Source: Octopus vulgaris (lineage: Eukaryota). Taken from it: 64,000 nt of DNA. The number at the start of each line of letters is the position of its first letter. Position 1 is the stretch's first letter. The stretch is taken from positions 73,532,001-73,596,000 of the forward strand of contig OX597820.1 of assembly GCA_951406725.2 (NCBI GenBank), in the 5' to 3' direction. Made by a program: the position numbers and the translations under genes. Below are positions 51,769 through 64,000 of the stretch, in pieces. A model generated the notes under the pieces. The model did not search any database. It was not told where the DNA came from and was given only the letters and a program-made list of their open reading frames with translations.

Positions 51769-52834
51769 AGTTAACACCTGTATTCCATGCTAGCATGGGT
51801 TGGATGGTTCAACAGGATCCAACTAGTTTGCAGGTGTCTTGGTCTCCCGTGTCTGTTTTAGTATGGGTTCTACAGTTGGATGCTGTTCTCTAATGCCAAC
51901 CACTTTACAGAATGTACTGGGTGTCTTTCTTCAAGGCACCAGCACTTATGGGGTCACCAAGCAACTTGCAAGACAAAACCCCTTTGACAGAGTGAAGTAC
52001 AATATTGAGGGAGGTGGCACTGTGCCAGGTATAGTGAGTCTAGAACAGGTGTGGGGGGAAGGAACAGGTGACTTGTGGTAGGGATGATACATGGGTACCC
52101 CAGCAGGAAAGAGAGAAAGAATGGTGGAGATGAGGTATCTGTGTAGGCATCAGGGCATAACGTCGAGATATAAAGGAGGTACTTAGAGAGAGAATAAGAA
52201 GTGGGTTGAGGGCAGAGAATTAAGGACAGCTGGGCTGGTAGACAGGAGGAACAGATGAAGTACAAGGGAGACAGAACATAGTAATTGTTCAATGATATCA
52301 GTTGCTTACGTAGACACAAGGACACAAGGTTCCAGGTTCAGTCCCACTGCATGGCACCTTAGCCAAAGTGTCTTCTACTATAGCCTCCAGCCAACCAAAG
52401 CCTTGTGAGTGGATTTGGTAGATGGAAACTGAAAGAAGCCCATCATATATATATGTGTGTGTGTGTGTGTGTGAATGTATGTACGTGTGTGTGTGTGTAT
52501 ATGTTTGTGTGTTTGTGTTTGTCCCCCACAACATCGCTTGACAACTAATGCTGGTGTGTTTACGTCCCCGTAACTTAGTTTGGCTAAAAGAAACTGATAG
52601 AATAAGTACCAGGCTTACAAAGAATAAGTGTTGGGGTTGATTTGCTCAACTAAAGGTGGTACTCCAGTATGTATGCATGCATAGATACATACATACATAC
52701 ATACCAACTAACCAGTCTTGAGAAATTAAAGCCTCTCAAAACCAGAAAGGAGAAAGCTAATTCACAGACTACACATCCAATCCATCATTGGAACTGTAAA
52801 AATCTGTAAAACTTTCCAGAAGTTTATCATCTAA

Positions 52835-53035
52835 ATATATATGAGCATGTCTAGATATGCAAATATAAGCATGAGAATACATGCATACATACATTCATAC
52901 ATACATAAGTACAAAAATACCCTTTTGTTGATGTTGAAATTCCAATGAAGGAGCCTTGGATCGAGATTAGAAACCAGTTCTTTCTCTTTTGGCAAGAAAT
53001 CTTGAAACAAACTGAATAATGACAAAAATACATAC
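52835..53035 (+). repeat. About 200-bp dispersed repeat, second copy at about 55063-55258
   Basis: Shared gttgatgttgaaattccaatgaaggagcct...tagaaac...ggcaagaaat...aactgaataatgac. Confidence 0.75.
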
Positions 53036-53043
53036 ATATACAT

Positions 53044-53080
<37 letters not shown>

Positions 53081-53489
53081 TGAAGGCATGTGGCCTAGTG
53101 GTTTGGATGTTGCACTCACAATTGTTACATCATGGGTTCAAATCCAAGAGCAGGCAGCACATTGTGTTCTAGAGCAAAACGTTTCATTTCACATTGCTCC
53201 AGTCCACTCAGCTGTAAATGGGTCACACTTCGACGGAGAAGCCTTCCAATTATAGGAAATGTTGGCCAGCTCATCAGGCCAGTCGGGTGGCATTATTCAA
53301 AAACTAAAACAATATGAAGTGCATTGTAACCAACAATGTATAACAACATTAGACAGTCTGGGCAATACCTTGATGTACATATAAACATATACATAATATG
53401 AATGAACACAAAATGGAGAAAGCGCAACAACAATCCTTCCATTGAAACCTCATTCAATTACCAAGCTATATATATATATATATACACAC

Positions 53490-53800
53490 GTGGAGGTGCA
53501 ATGGCCCAGTGGTTAGGGCAGCGGACTCGCGGTCGTAGGGTCGCAGTTTCGATTCCCAGACCGGGCGTTGTGAGTGTTTATTGAGCGAAAACACCTAAAG
53601 TTCCACAAGGCTCCGGCAAGGGGTGGTGGCAATCCCTGCTGCCTGCTGTAAACTTTCGCCACAACTTTCTCCCACTCTTTCTTCTGTTGGCCTGCCTGCT
53701 TAGTCAGCAGGGTGACGTCATTTGAAGGCTAAAACAATGTGAAGTGCATTGTGACCAGCGATGTGCAGCAACATCTGATAGCCTGGTCGGTCACGTGATA
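53490..53800 (+). mobile_element. Further tRNA-derived SINE family
   Basis: tggcccagtggttagg (A box) and gtttcgattccc (B box). Homologue on the minus strand at about 15280-15477. Confidence 0.8.
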
Positions 53801-56800
53801 TATATATACACACACACACGAACACATATATATGTGACAAGCTTCCACTGAGTTTCCATCAACCAGATACACTCACAAGGCATTGATCAGTGAGGAGCTA
53901 TCACAGAACATAGAAGACACTACCCCAGGGGTCCACATGCTGGACTGAACTCCAAACCATATGTTTGCAAAGTAAACACACCCATATCTATATGTTTAAC
54001 TTTTCTTAAGTATCTTTAATTTTTTCCTATGGCTTGCTAATCTTTCTAGAATCTTCTGATGGGATAGTATTTATCATCAGTGTAATTAACTGAAGAAATT
54101 TCTCTTAAGACTATGAAACAAATTTCTCAACCACAACACCGTACCACAGGAATCATTATTCCAAGAATGGTAACCATTTCTCCTGACATAATTCCCAGTA
54201 TGTTAGTCATTTCTTGATTCAAAACTTTTTCTTCTACGTATGGAGACGATATTTCTCCATCAGTCAGCTCCTGTTTATATGTCTGTTTAACTATTCTTGC
54301 GGTCTCGTGAAATAACAAATTTGATGTTTCCTGAGGATTCTGTACTCAAATTAACTTGTTCTAGGGCTTTTTTTTTGTTTGTTTGTTTGCTTTTTATTTT
54401 ATTTTATTTTTTTCTCATCATGGTTTCTTTATCATATAATATTTGTCTGGATTTCATATAAAATTCAGTCAACCATTTCAAAAGAGAAAAACTTGTAAGA
54501 AGAAAGAGTTCCAACTGATATTGTTTCTAACACCTAGTGTGTTTGTGTGTAGTTGTGTGCATATGTGGAATGCACGTACACATGTGACATGCATGCGCAT
54601 AACTATATATGCATAAAGAAAGTTAAATCCTTCATTGGAAACTGTATTTTTTTTACTACTTCCCATCATCAAACAACAGCCAGCACTAAACAATTTATAG
54701 TTTAGGGTCTCCCAGTCGACCAGGGCATCAAAATAATTAAAAGGTATATAGGGTTTCAGTTTTTGTGAGATGTTTTAGTACAATTTTTTAACAAGGGACG
54801 TCCAGGTTTTATGAAACTTAAAGCATTACCAAGTTTGAATCCAGCACTTACAGCCCTACAAGGACACCACTTTCAAGGATTTTAGGGAAATATGTTGAGC
54901 CCACTACTTTGTCTGGTACCCATTTTATTGATCTCTGTCTATGAACCAGTTGAGTTTGGTTTACAAGCCTCTTTAGGGAGTTACCTCCTCTAGTGAGCAA
55001 ATACTAAAAGGGGCCTATATCAGTGTATCACATTCATGTACTTACATAATACATCATTTAAGTATATATGAGCATGTTTAGATATGGAAGTATATGCATG
55101 GGAAGACATACATAAAACAAAACATACAAATCTGCATATATACATACATACCTTGTTGTTGATGTTGAAATTCCAATGAAGGAGCCTGGGATCTTGGTTA
55201 GAAACTGACCCTTTCTCAATTGGCAAGAAATTTTGAAATAAAACTGAATAATGACATACATCACATGATCATGTAATCGACCAGATTACTACATGCTGTT
55301 GTACATCACTGGTCACATTGCACTTTACATTATTTTAGCTTTTGAATGGGGCCACCCCATTGGCTAGGGTTAAATATGTTTGACAGTTATTGATGTATGG
55401 AAGTTAATTGGATAGTTTTTGAGTGACAAAGTTTAATCTCTCATGTGGTTTTAAACACCATCAGCTTCCTTGCTCTTGGCTGTCTTCACTCAAGCTATTT
55501 TTGTTGCAAACATTCACCACAGTGTGTGCAGTGTGAGGCTATCTCTTTTCCTTCATTCCATGAGTTTGATCGACCCTTAAAAAGGTCATGAGTATTTTCC
55601 TACCTCAAATAAGCATTTTAGGCAAAATTACACAGAGGAGTATATTTGGAAAATAGGGTCGATTAGCAGTGACAGAGAAAAGTAGTTGAAGTATTTCCTA
55701 AATAACTTCTTACTAAATGTCTGCAATAAATTATTATTTATAATTGTTAATATGACTATTATCATTTTAAAGGGGGGTGAGCTGGCAGAATTATTAACAC
55801 CCTGGGCAAAAGGCTTAGTGGCATTTCTTCTGTTTTTAAGTTCTGAGTTCAAACTCCACTGAGGTTGACTTTGCCTTTCATCTTCTCAAGGTTGATAGGA
55901 TAAGTACCAGCTGAAAACTGGGGGTGATGCAATTCACTTACTCCCTCCCCTGAAAGAGCTGGTCTTATGCCAAAATTTGAAACCGTTGTGGCTATTATGA
56001 TCTCTCAGATATCTATTGTGCTTTTAACACAGCATCCATTACAGATGAAATCTCAAGACAAATACTACAGTAACAGGCCTATCAACTGTGTTTATAAGTT
56101 AAGTGTGATACATACATGGCTATTTTAATTTAATACAGCTTCAACTGCATGCACCAAATTTTTACTCAGCCTGGTGACTATTCACAACATCAGAGAATAT
56201 TTTAACTACTTCAGTATCAAAGGTAATGCATTCTCATCTGAGTATGACTGGTCATGAGTACCCATTACTGAAAAAAACCGAAAAAGCCAAAATGCATCTG
56301 GCATCCTTGCTGGGGGATTTTTTTAACTCTGTCTGATATATATTATGTTTTTAACACTGCACATTCTTACTGCAGTAACTAGTTTATCAACAATTTATGT
56401 ACACATTAACCATAATTTCGTCCTCAGAGATGTGAATTTAAATTGCATTTCCATAATATTTCAACTGGTTTGATCTCAGATTATCATATAATGTCATATT
56501 CTTTGATAGCTGCATGCATCAGTCGCATTATGGATAAAAGTATTTCCATATTATTTGGCATACAAGATGAATTTTTCAGACGAAAATTTATAGCTGAAAA
56601 AGTTAGGTTGGCTTATACCCCAAGACAACATTGGAGGACCAAAAGTTCCATGTGAAATGTAGCAGAATCTGGAAAGATAGCGCCAATGTTTGAATATTTA
56701 GACAATATACTATGTCAAGTTGTATTCCGGAAAACACAGTTCTACCTGTAATTTACAGGTAAAAGTTTGAACTTCATATCAACTTCAACAGTATACATCC

Positions 56801-56949
56801 AGAAATATTAATTACTTAGTAAAAGTATAAAAGTTTTTAATGAACCTAATGTCAAGTTAATTAACATTCCATTGAACCTAATTAAATGTGTTGTATTTCA
56901 TATAACTCAATATTTAATAGGTAGTTTTCTATACTTTCCAATGTAAACA

Positions 56950-56991
56950 TCAGTAGCAATAGTAGTAGTAGCAGTAGCAGCAGCAGCAACG

Positions 56992-57022
<31 letters not shown>

Positions 57023-57054
57023 CAGCAGCAGCAGCAGCAGTAGCAGCAGCAACG

Positions 57055-57091
<37 letters not shown>

Positions 57092-57175
57092 CAGCAGCAG
57101 TAGCAGCAGCAACGGTAGTAGTAGTAGTAGTAGTAGTAGTAGTTGCTGTGGCAGCAGCAGAAGTAGCAGCAACGA

Positions 57176-57221
<46 letters not shown>

Positions 57222-57283
57222 TGCTGTGGCAGTAGTAAAAGTACCAGCAGCAGTAATAGTAGTCATAGTAGTAGTGGTAGTCG
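56950..57283. repeat. Compound (TAG)n/(CAG)n array with about 60-bp higher-order period
   Basis: Anchor aacg(g/a)tagta at 56988, 57051, 57111 and 57171. Confidence 0.9.
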
Positions 57284-57696
57284 TAAGAAGTCATCTAATT
57301 TAGCAATTACTCTAAGCTTTTCTTCCTCATTTCCTCCAGAATATTCTTTTGCTCAGCAGCAGTTTTTTTTCCAATTGATCAGCATTTTCATTTTTCAAAT
57401 TGCAAACTTTGCATTTCTTTTCTCATTTCCATTGCATAACCTACTTTTTTTTTTTCATCTTAACAGTTGCAGAGTTCTTCCTATTTAACTTAATTTTAAT
57501 TTCCCAGTTGTGCAAAGGAATATCAGGTTCTCGTAGTCAGTTTAAAATTTTAATATACTGATTAAGCACAACCATGACCATGTGGAGGTATAGGTGTGGC
57601 TGCGTGGTGAAGAAGTTTGCTTCAAAACTACATGGTTTTGAGTTCAACTGATGTACATGGCACTTTGGGCGAGTACCTTCTATTATTGCCCTAGGC

Positions 57697-58768
57697 CAGT
57701 GTTTCTCAACCTTTTTACCCTTGCATAACCCTTGAAATAAATTACATGTCTCTAGGAACCCCTACACAAACAAAATTATACACCCTATCTTTCTCATATT
57801 CTTTTCATTGTGTCACATAACCAGCCCATTTAAAAGTACCTTTGAATCGTCAGGTGACATGCCATGCTTGAGGAGACCGACTGAGTCAAGTAAAATCAAA
57901 AATCAAATCATCATCATCGTTTAACATTCGCTTTCCATGCTAGCATGAGTTGGACGATTTGACTGAAGACTGGCAAATCAGATAGCTGCACAAGGCTCCA
58001 ATCTGATCTGGCAGAGTTTCTACAGCTGGATGCCCTTCCTAACACCAACCACTCCGAGTGTAGTGGGTGCTTTTATGTGCCACCGGCACGAAGGCCAGTC
58101 AGGCGTTACTGGCAACGGCCATGCTCAAATGGTGTTTCTTATGTGCCACCAGCACAGGAGCCACAAATCACAATCAAAAATGGAAAATGTAGTTGTGACT
58201 GTTGCCAGTGCTGCCTGACTGGCTCTTTGTGCACATAAACAGCACCATCCGAATGTGGTCGATGCCAGCCTCTGCCGCCCCGACTGGCTCCTGTGCAGGT
58301 AGCACATAAAAAGCACCATCGGAACGTGGCTGATACCAGTGCCACCAGACTGGCTCCCGTGCTGGTGGCATGTAAAAAGCACCCACTACACTCTCAGAGT
58401 GGTTGGCGTTAGGAAGGGCATCCAGCTGTAGAAACATTGCCGGATCAGACTGGAGCCTGGTGTGACCTCCTGGCTTGCCAGTCCCCAGTCAAACAGTGCA
58501 ACCCATGCCAGCTTGGAAAACTGACGTTAAATGATGATGATGATGATATATATATATATATGTGTGTGTGTGTTTGTGTGTGTGTATTATATGGTTGTTA
58601 TATTTTATTGATAACATAATAGGTTAGATAGGATGATGTCTATATTACAGTAACCAATAATATGTTGTGCATGTTTAGTGATATTACGATCATGAAATTA
58701 GCATTAGCTTATCTCACTCTTTCTTGTGGAACCGTAGATTTCCAGGGAACCCCGGTTGAGAAACGTTG
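57697..58768. mobile_element. hAT (Charlie-like) MITE carrying nested RTE-tail elements
   Basis: TIRs cagtgtttctcaacc / ggttgagaaacgttg. Degenerate 8-bp flanks ccctaggc / ccccagaa. Confidence 0.75.
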
Positions 58769-58837
58769 CCCCAGAAACTGAAAGATGCCCTTCATACACA
58801 CACACATGCTGGAACACCACCTTAAAGGTATTTTTAA

Positions 58838-59070
58838 GGTGGTGAGCTGGCAGAAACGTTAGCACGCTGGGCGAAACGCCTAGGAGTATTTCATCTGCCG
58901 CTACATTCTGAGTTCAAATTCCGCCAAGGTCGACTTTGCCTTTCATCCTTTCGGGGGTCAATTAAATAAGTACCAGTTACGCACTGGGGTTGATATAATC
59001 GACTTAATCCATTTGTCTGTCCTTGTTTGTCATCTCTGTGTTTAGCCCCTTGTAGGTAGTAAAGAAATAG
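58838..59070 (+). mobile_element. Representative SINE with a Meta-domain-like core
   Basis: ggtgagctggcagaaacgttag...gagttcaaattcc plus core gcctttcatcctttcgggggtcaattaaataagtaccag. Many copies, dense at 33000-36950. Confidence 0.8.
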
Positions 59071-59432
59071 GTATTTTTAGTCGAGCAAATCAACCCCAGC
59101 ATGTATTCTTTGTAAGCTTGGTACTTATTCTATCAATCTCTTTTGCTGAACCGCTAAGCTACGGGGACATAAACACACTTGCATCAGTTGTCAAGCGATG
59201 GTGATATATATATCATCATCATCATCATTTAACGTCCGCTTTCCAAGCTGGCATGGGTTGGACGATTTGACTGGGGACTGGTGAGCCAGATGGCTACACC
59301 AGGCTCCAATCTGATCTGGCAGAGTTTCAACAGCTGGATGTCTTTCCTAATACCAACCACTCCGAGAGTGTAGTGGATGCTTTTACATGCCATATATATA
59401 TACATATATATATATACATACATATATATATA

Positions 59433-59496
<64 letters not shown>

Positions 59497-59887
59497 GGAT
59501 AAATAGATAGACTGACTGATAGCTAGATAGATATACATTTATGTATATGTTTATGTTTCCTTGCTTGGAAAGAGATAAGGGTTAGTGACAGGAAGGACAT
59601 CCAGCTGTAGAAAGATCTACCTCAATAAACTCTGTCCAACCAATTAAAATGATGATGATGACGACAACGATGACGATGATGATGATAATGAGGATAGTGG
59701 TGGTGGTGGTGGTGATGACAACGATGATGATGATTAACAAATATTTCATTATCACTTTTCCATTTCTGTTTTTTTTTTTAATTTTTGTTATTTTACACAA
59801 ATTAATTGCTCATGCTCATCAAGACTGGATAAACTTGTGGTTGATAAATACCTCCTTTGAGGCTTAAGAACAACAGCAACAACAACA

Positions 59888-59937
<50 letters not shown>

Positions 59938-61974
59938 TGATAATGATAATAACAACAATGACGTAAATCCCATCGACAATTGTAGCTTGATTCCAACAGA
60001 TTGAATATTTACTTCAATTATCATCATTTAATTCTACTTTATCTCAAAACTACCAATGCACATTTATAACTGCCTACTTATCTATGTACTTTTTTAAATA
60101 AAATATATAAGAAATAATACCAAAAAACTATATTTTCAAAAATCTAAAATGGCAGAATTGAAACATGACAAAATAAAAAAAAATTTTAAAAAAACAAAAA
60201 AAAAAAACAAGAGGAAAAAAAAATATAAAAGAAACAATTATGATAACAGGCCACAGCAACATGCTGAGGAGTTAAATTAAGCTTTCTTTAAAAATATTAA
60301 ATTGCAAGCAGAGATAAATGAAGTGTTGCTATTTATTATTAATACGTGACAAAAATGTGTTTAGATAGAAAATTACATGGAGACTAAGCTTAATTATGTT
60401 CAGTTTTGTGAATAAGTTTCTTTCAGTCTCTTTCCCTCTCTCTCTCTCTCTCTCTCTCTCACGCATGCTTGCTCAAACACACACATACACACACACACAC
60501 ACATATTTATATCTTTATTCCTTTTTCTTTTCTTTTACTTGTTTCAGTCATTTGACTGCGGCCATGCTGGAGCACCGCTGTTAGCTGAGCAAATCGACCC
60601 AGGGACTTATTCTTTCTAAGCCTAGCACTTATTCTATTGGTCTCTTTAGCTGAACCACTAACTCAATGGCAAGTAAACACACCACCATCGGTTGTCAAGT
60701 GATGTTGGGGGAGGGGCAAACACAGACACACAAACATATATATACATATATATACATCGGTGGCACGTAAAAAGCACCATCCGTTCGTGTCTGTTGCCAG
60801 CCTCGCCTGGCCCCCGTGCTGGTGACACATAAAAAGCACCATCCGTTCGTGGCCGTTTGCCAGCTCTGTCTGGCACCTGTGTGGGTGGCACATAAAAAGC
60901 ACCCACTACACTCACGGAGTGGTTGGCATTAGGAAGGGCATCCAGCCATAGAAACACTGCTAGATCTGACTAGGCCTGATGAAGCCTTCTGGCTTCACAG
61001 ACCCCAGTTGAACAGTCCAACCCATGCCAGCATGGAAAACGGACGCTAAATGATGATGATGATGGGCTTCTTTCAGTTTCCATTTACCAAATCCACTCGC
61101 AAGCCTTTTGTCGGCCTGAGGCTATAGTAGAAGATATTTGCCCAAGGTGCCATGCAGTGGGACTGAAACTGGAACCATGTGGCTGGTAAGCAAGCTACTT
61201 ACCATACAGCCACTCCTGCACTTATTTATCTTTAATTTTCCGTTTGTTTCTGTCATTGGACTTTGGCCATGCAGATGCAACACCAAGAAGGGTTTTAGCT
61301 GAGCAAATCACCTTCAGTAATTAGGGGTTTTTTTTTTTTGTCTTTGTAGATCTGTTACTTAATTATATCAATCTCTTTTACTGAATATTTGATGTTACGA
61401 GGATGTAAACATACCAACACCTGTCTTCAGGCAGTGCTGGAAAGGATGACAAAGAGAGAGACACAGTAGCATATCATCCTCCTCATCATCACCATTTAAC
61501 ATCTGTTTTCCACGCTGGTATGGGTTGGATAGTTTGACCAGAGCTGCTCCAGGTTCCAGTTTGATTTGACTTTGTTTTTATGGATGGCTGTTCTTTCTAA
61601 TGCCAACCATTTTCCAGAGTGTGCTGGGTACTTTTTATGTAGACCGGCACATATTTCTCACATATGTATGTATACACACACATATTTACAAATATGTATG
61701 TATATATACAAATACACACATACATATGTATACACACATATGAGAAATTCACATAAGCCTATGCTTACTTATTACAAAAGACTTAGAGTGCCTTTAATAA
61801 GTTAGATACAAAAGAGGTACACCAAAGAAATATATATATATAATATCCTCATCGTTTACCATCTGCTTTCTAAGCTAGCATGGGCTGGACAGTTTGACTG
61901 AGGACTGGTGAGCCAGAGGCTGCACCAGGGTCAATCTGATGTACATAATTCCTCATCTCTTAAGTATAGAACTT

Positions 61975-62031
<57 letters not shown>

Positions 62032-62715
62032 AGCTTCCAATCAATTTCTATCAACTAAATACATTCACAAGGCTTCAAGTCAACCTTAAGATATAGCAGA
62101 AGACAGCAACATTATATTACTAGTTAGTCGTCCATAAGTCAGATGGTTATGACTATGGCATATTGCTGGTTAGGACATTACTGTTGGTTTCATGCAGACT
62201 ACTGCAACTAGGCAATATTGACAACGCTTCAGATATACTGGCTGAAAGTGTATAGGTGACTTCTTTTATGCGGGACGTATATATAATCTTTATGTGGCTT
62301 GGTGTTGTGTTGGTAGATATAAATAGAATGAAACATAAGGGAAAAAATTATTAAACAATGTGTAGCTGCATTGTGTCCAGGTGAGACTGTGAGAAGGATT
62401 TCTAGAGTATAGAACCTGCTCTTTTTACCTGAAGATCTGGCTTAATGCCATTTGTGTATTTCAGCACACTAGCTTTCTTTAAATAGGCATCTATTCATTA
62501 ATGTGTGTACATGTATACATGCATAAACATATATATGCACACATATATGTACAAAAATAACATATGTTCGCTGTACATTCTGTAGAGTGGTTGGCGTTAG
62601 GAAGGACAGCCAATCATAGAAACCAAGTGAAAACAGACCAGAGCCTAGAGCAGTTCTCTGGCTTTACAGCCCATGGTAGCATGGAAAAAGGATGATGATG
62701 ATGATGATACATATA

Positions 62716-62855
62716 GTGAGAATTTACAAAACAACAAAAGATTAAGACAGGTGTGTAAACAATAAACAGATGTATTAGTTTAATGCTTGGGAAGTGAGAG
62801 AGTCTTTTACGTTTCGAGCCTATGCTCTTCGACACAAAGGAACACAGAAATAAAC

Positions 62856-62860
<5 letters not shown>
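62716..62860 (-). mobile_element. Family B element with hammerhead motif (C3 mutated)
   Basis: ccttt-GTGTCGA-a-gagc(atag)gctc-GAAA-CG-TA-aaagac at 62802-62840 on the minus strand. Confidence 0.68.
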
Positions 62861-62890
<30 letters not shown>

Positions 62891-62900
62891 AGGTCCACCT

Positions 62901-63190
62901 GACTGGCAACCGTGCCGGTGGCATGTAAAAAGCACAATCAGAATGTGGCCGACGCCAATTACCCCTGACTGGCTCTCGTGCCAATGGCATGTAAAAAGCA
63001 CAATCAGAATGTGGCCGACGCCAATTACCCCTGACTGGCTCTCGTGCCAGTGGCATGTAAAAAGCACTATCCGAACATGATTGATGCCAGTGCCCACTGA
63101 CTGGCTATCATGCCAGTGGCATGTAAAAAGCACTATCCAAATGTGATTGATGCCAGGCACACCTGACTGGCTCCTGTGCCAATGGCACAT
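62901..63190. repeat. 66-bp minisatellite (about 4.5 units) in an RTE-type 3' UTR
   Basis: gactggc anchors at 62901, 62967, 63033, 63099 and 63165. Confidence 0.88.
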
Positions 63191-63358
63191 TCAAAACACC
63201 CAATACACGCTCGGAGTGGTTGGCATTAAGAAGGACATCCAGTTGTAAACATCCTGCCAAAACAGTCACATAAGTCTGATGCAGACTTCCACCTGGCCAG
63301 CTCTTGTAAAACCATCTAACCCATGCCAGAATGGAAGGCAGATGTTAAATGATGATGA

Positions 63359-63402
<44 letters not shown>

Positions 63403-64000
63403 TCATCATCATCATCATATATATATATTTGTGTGTATGTTTGTGTCTGTGTTTGCATCCCCATAACTTAGCTGTTCAGCAGACGATACTGTTAGAATAA
63501 GCACCAGGCTCACATAGAATAAGTCAAGGGGTTGATTTCTTCGACTAAAAGGCGGTGCTCCAGCATAGCCACAGTCCAATGACTGAAGCAAATAAAAGAA
63601 TAAAAGAATACATACACATGGACACATAACAGGCGAATGCATATGTAGATTCCATATAATTTTTAACTACAAAGTAAAATTATAGAAAAAAAGTCCCAAC
63701 AGACGTAAACATTACCATGCTACATTATTAAGCCTAATAACATAGAATAAACAAAATGCTATGCATACGCACACATTGACTGCATATGTTACTCATGTTT
63801 ACATACGTACATACATACATACTTTCTGAATTTTGAGCTAAACTGTATTTGTTGCTTATTTAACTTTATGATTACATAAAATATGATTTGCTTTAGAAAA
63901 GATGTGGAAAACAATAATAAAAATAAATTTGTCAAAGCATAAAATAAAATTTATTTGGCTATAACCAGTTTATATCTGCAAACAAAATGCTTTTAAATAT

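Noticed and set aside
52935-52985. Hammerhead-like ccaatgaagg...gaaaccagttc in a two-copy repeat
   Set aside because: Both copies read CCAATGA rather than CUGANGA and helix I does not pair in register. Cannot be supported without a family consensus.
54127-54318. 63-aa minus-strand ORF in unique sequence
   Set aside because: No recognisable motif or splice context, and it is not the expected next fj exon.
56882-57294. Poly-Leu/Thr-Ala/Tyr-Cys ORFs
   Set aside because: Translations of the TAG/CAG array.
60975-61000. CTGATGAAGCC hairpin in the RTE 3' UTR
   Set aside because: A simple hairpin lacking GAAA and the three-way junction.
62901-63190. CRISPR-like regular repeats (also 7953-8244)
   Set aside because: Units are similar along their whole length with no unique spacers. 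They lie in LINE 3' UTRs in eukaryotic DNA with no cas genes.

Overview
AT-rich, repeat-saturated eukaryotic DNA. The SINE, RTE and microsatellite content suggests an octopus or other cephalopod (inference from repeat families). Almost every ORF in the supplied track is a microsatellite or SINE artefact. The one host gene I can support is a + strand four-jointed (fj/FJX1-like) Golgi kinase: a first coding exon at 21235-21970 and a 177-nt exon at 41725-41901 that the ORF track misses. I found no further exons in the window. The rest is mobile DNA: two RTE LINE copies with a PHD-type finger, several tRNA-derived SINE families, R4/Dong-like and Penelope-like relics, mariner/pogo/hAT/piggyBac-type MITEs, a head-to-tail Helitron dimer and Helentron-type elements. 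The most unusual signal is a set of at least three unrelated families of minimal type I hammerhead ribozymes with a palindromic helix III. One sits in a tRNA-headed SINE (2 copies), one is a core-intact copy in the sense strand of the fj intron (44376-44418), and one family has a non-canonical core position 6 and includes a 204-nt tandem. All structures were assigned by eye and ribozyme activity is untested.
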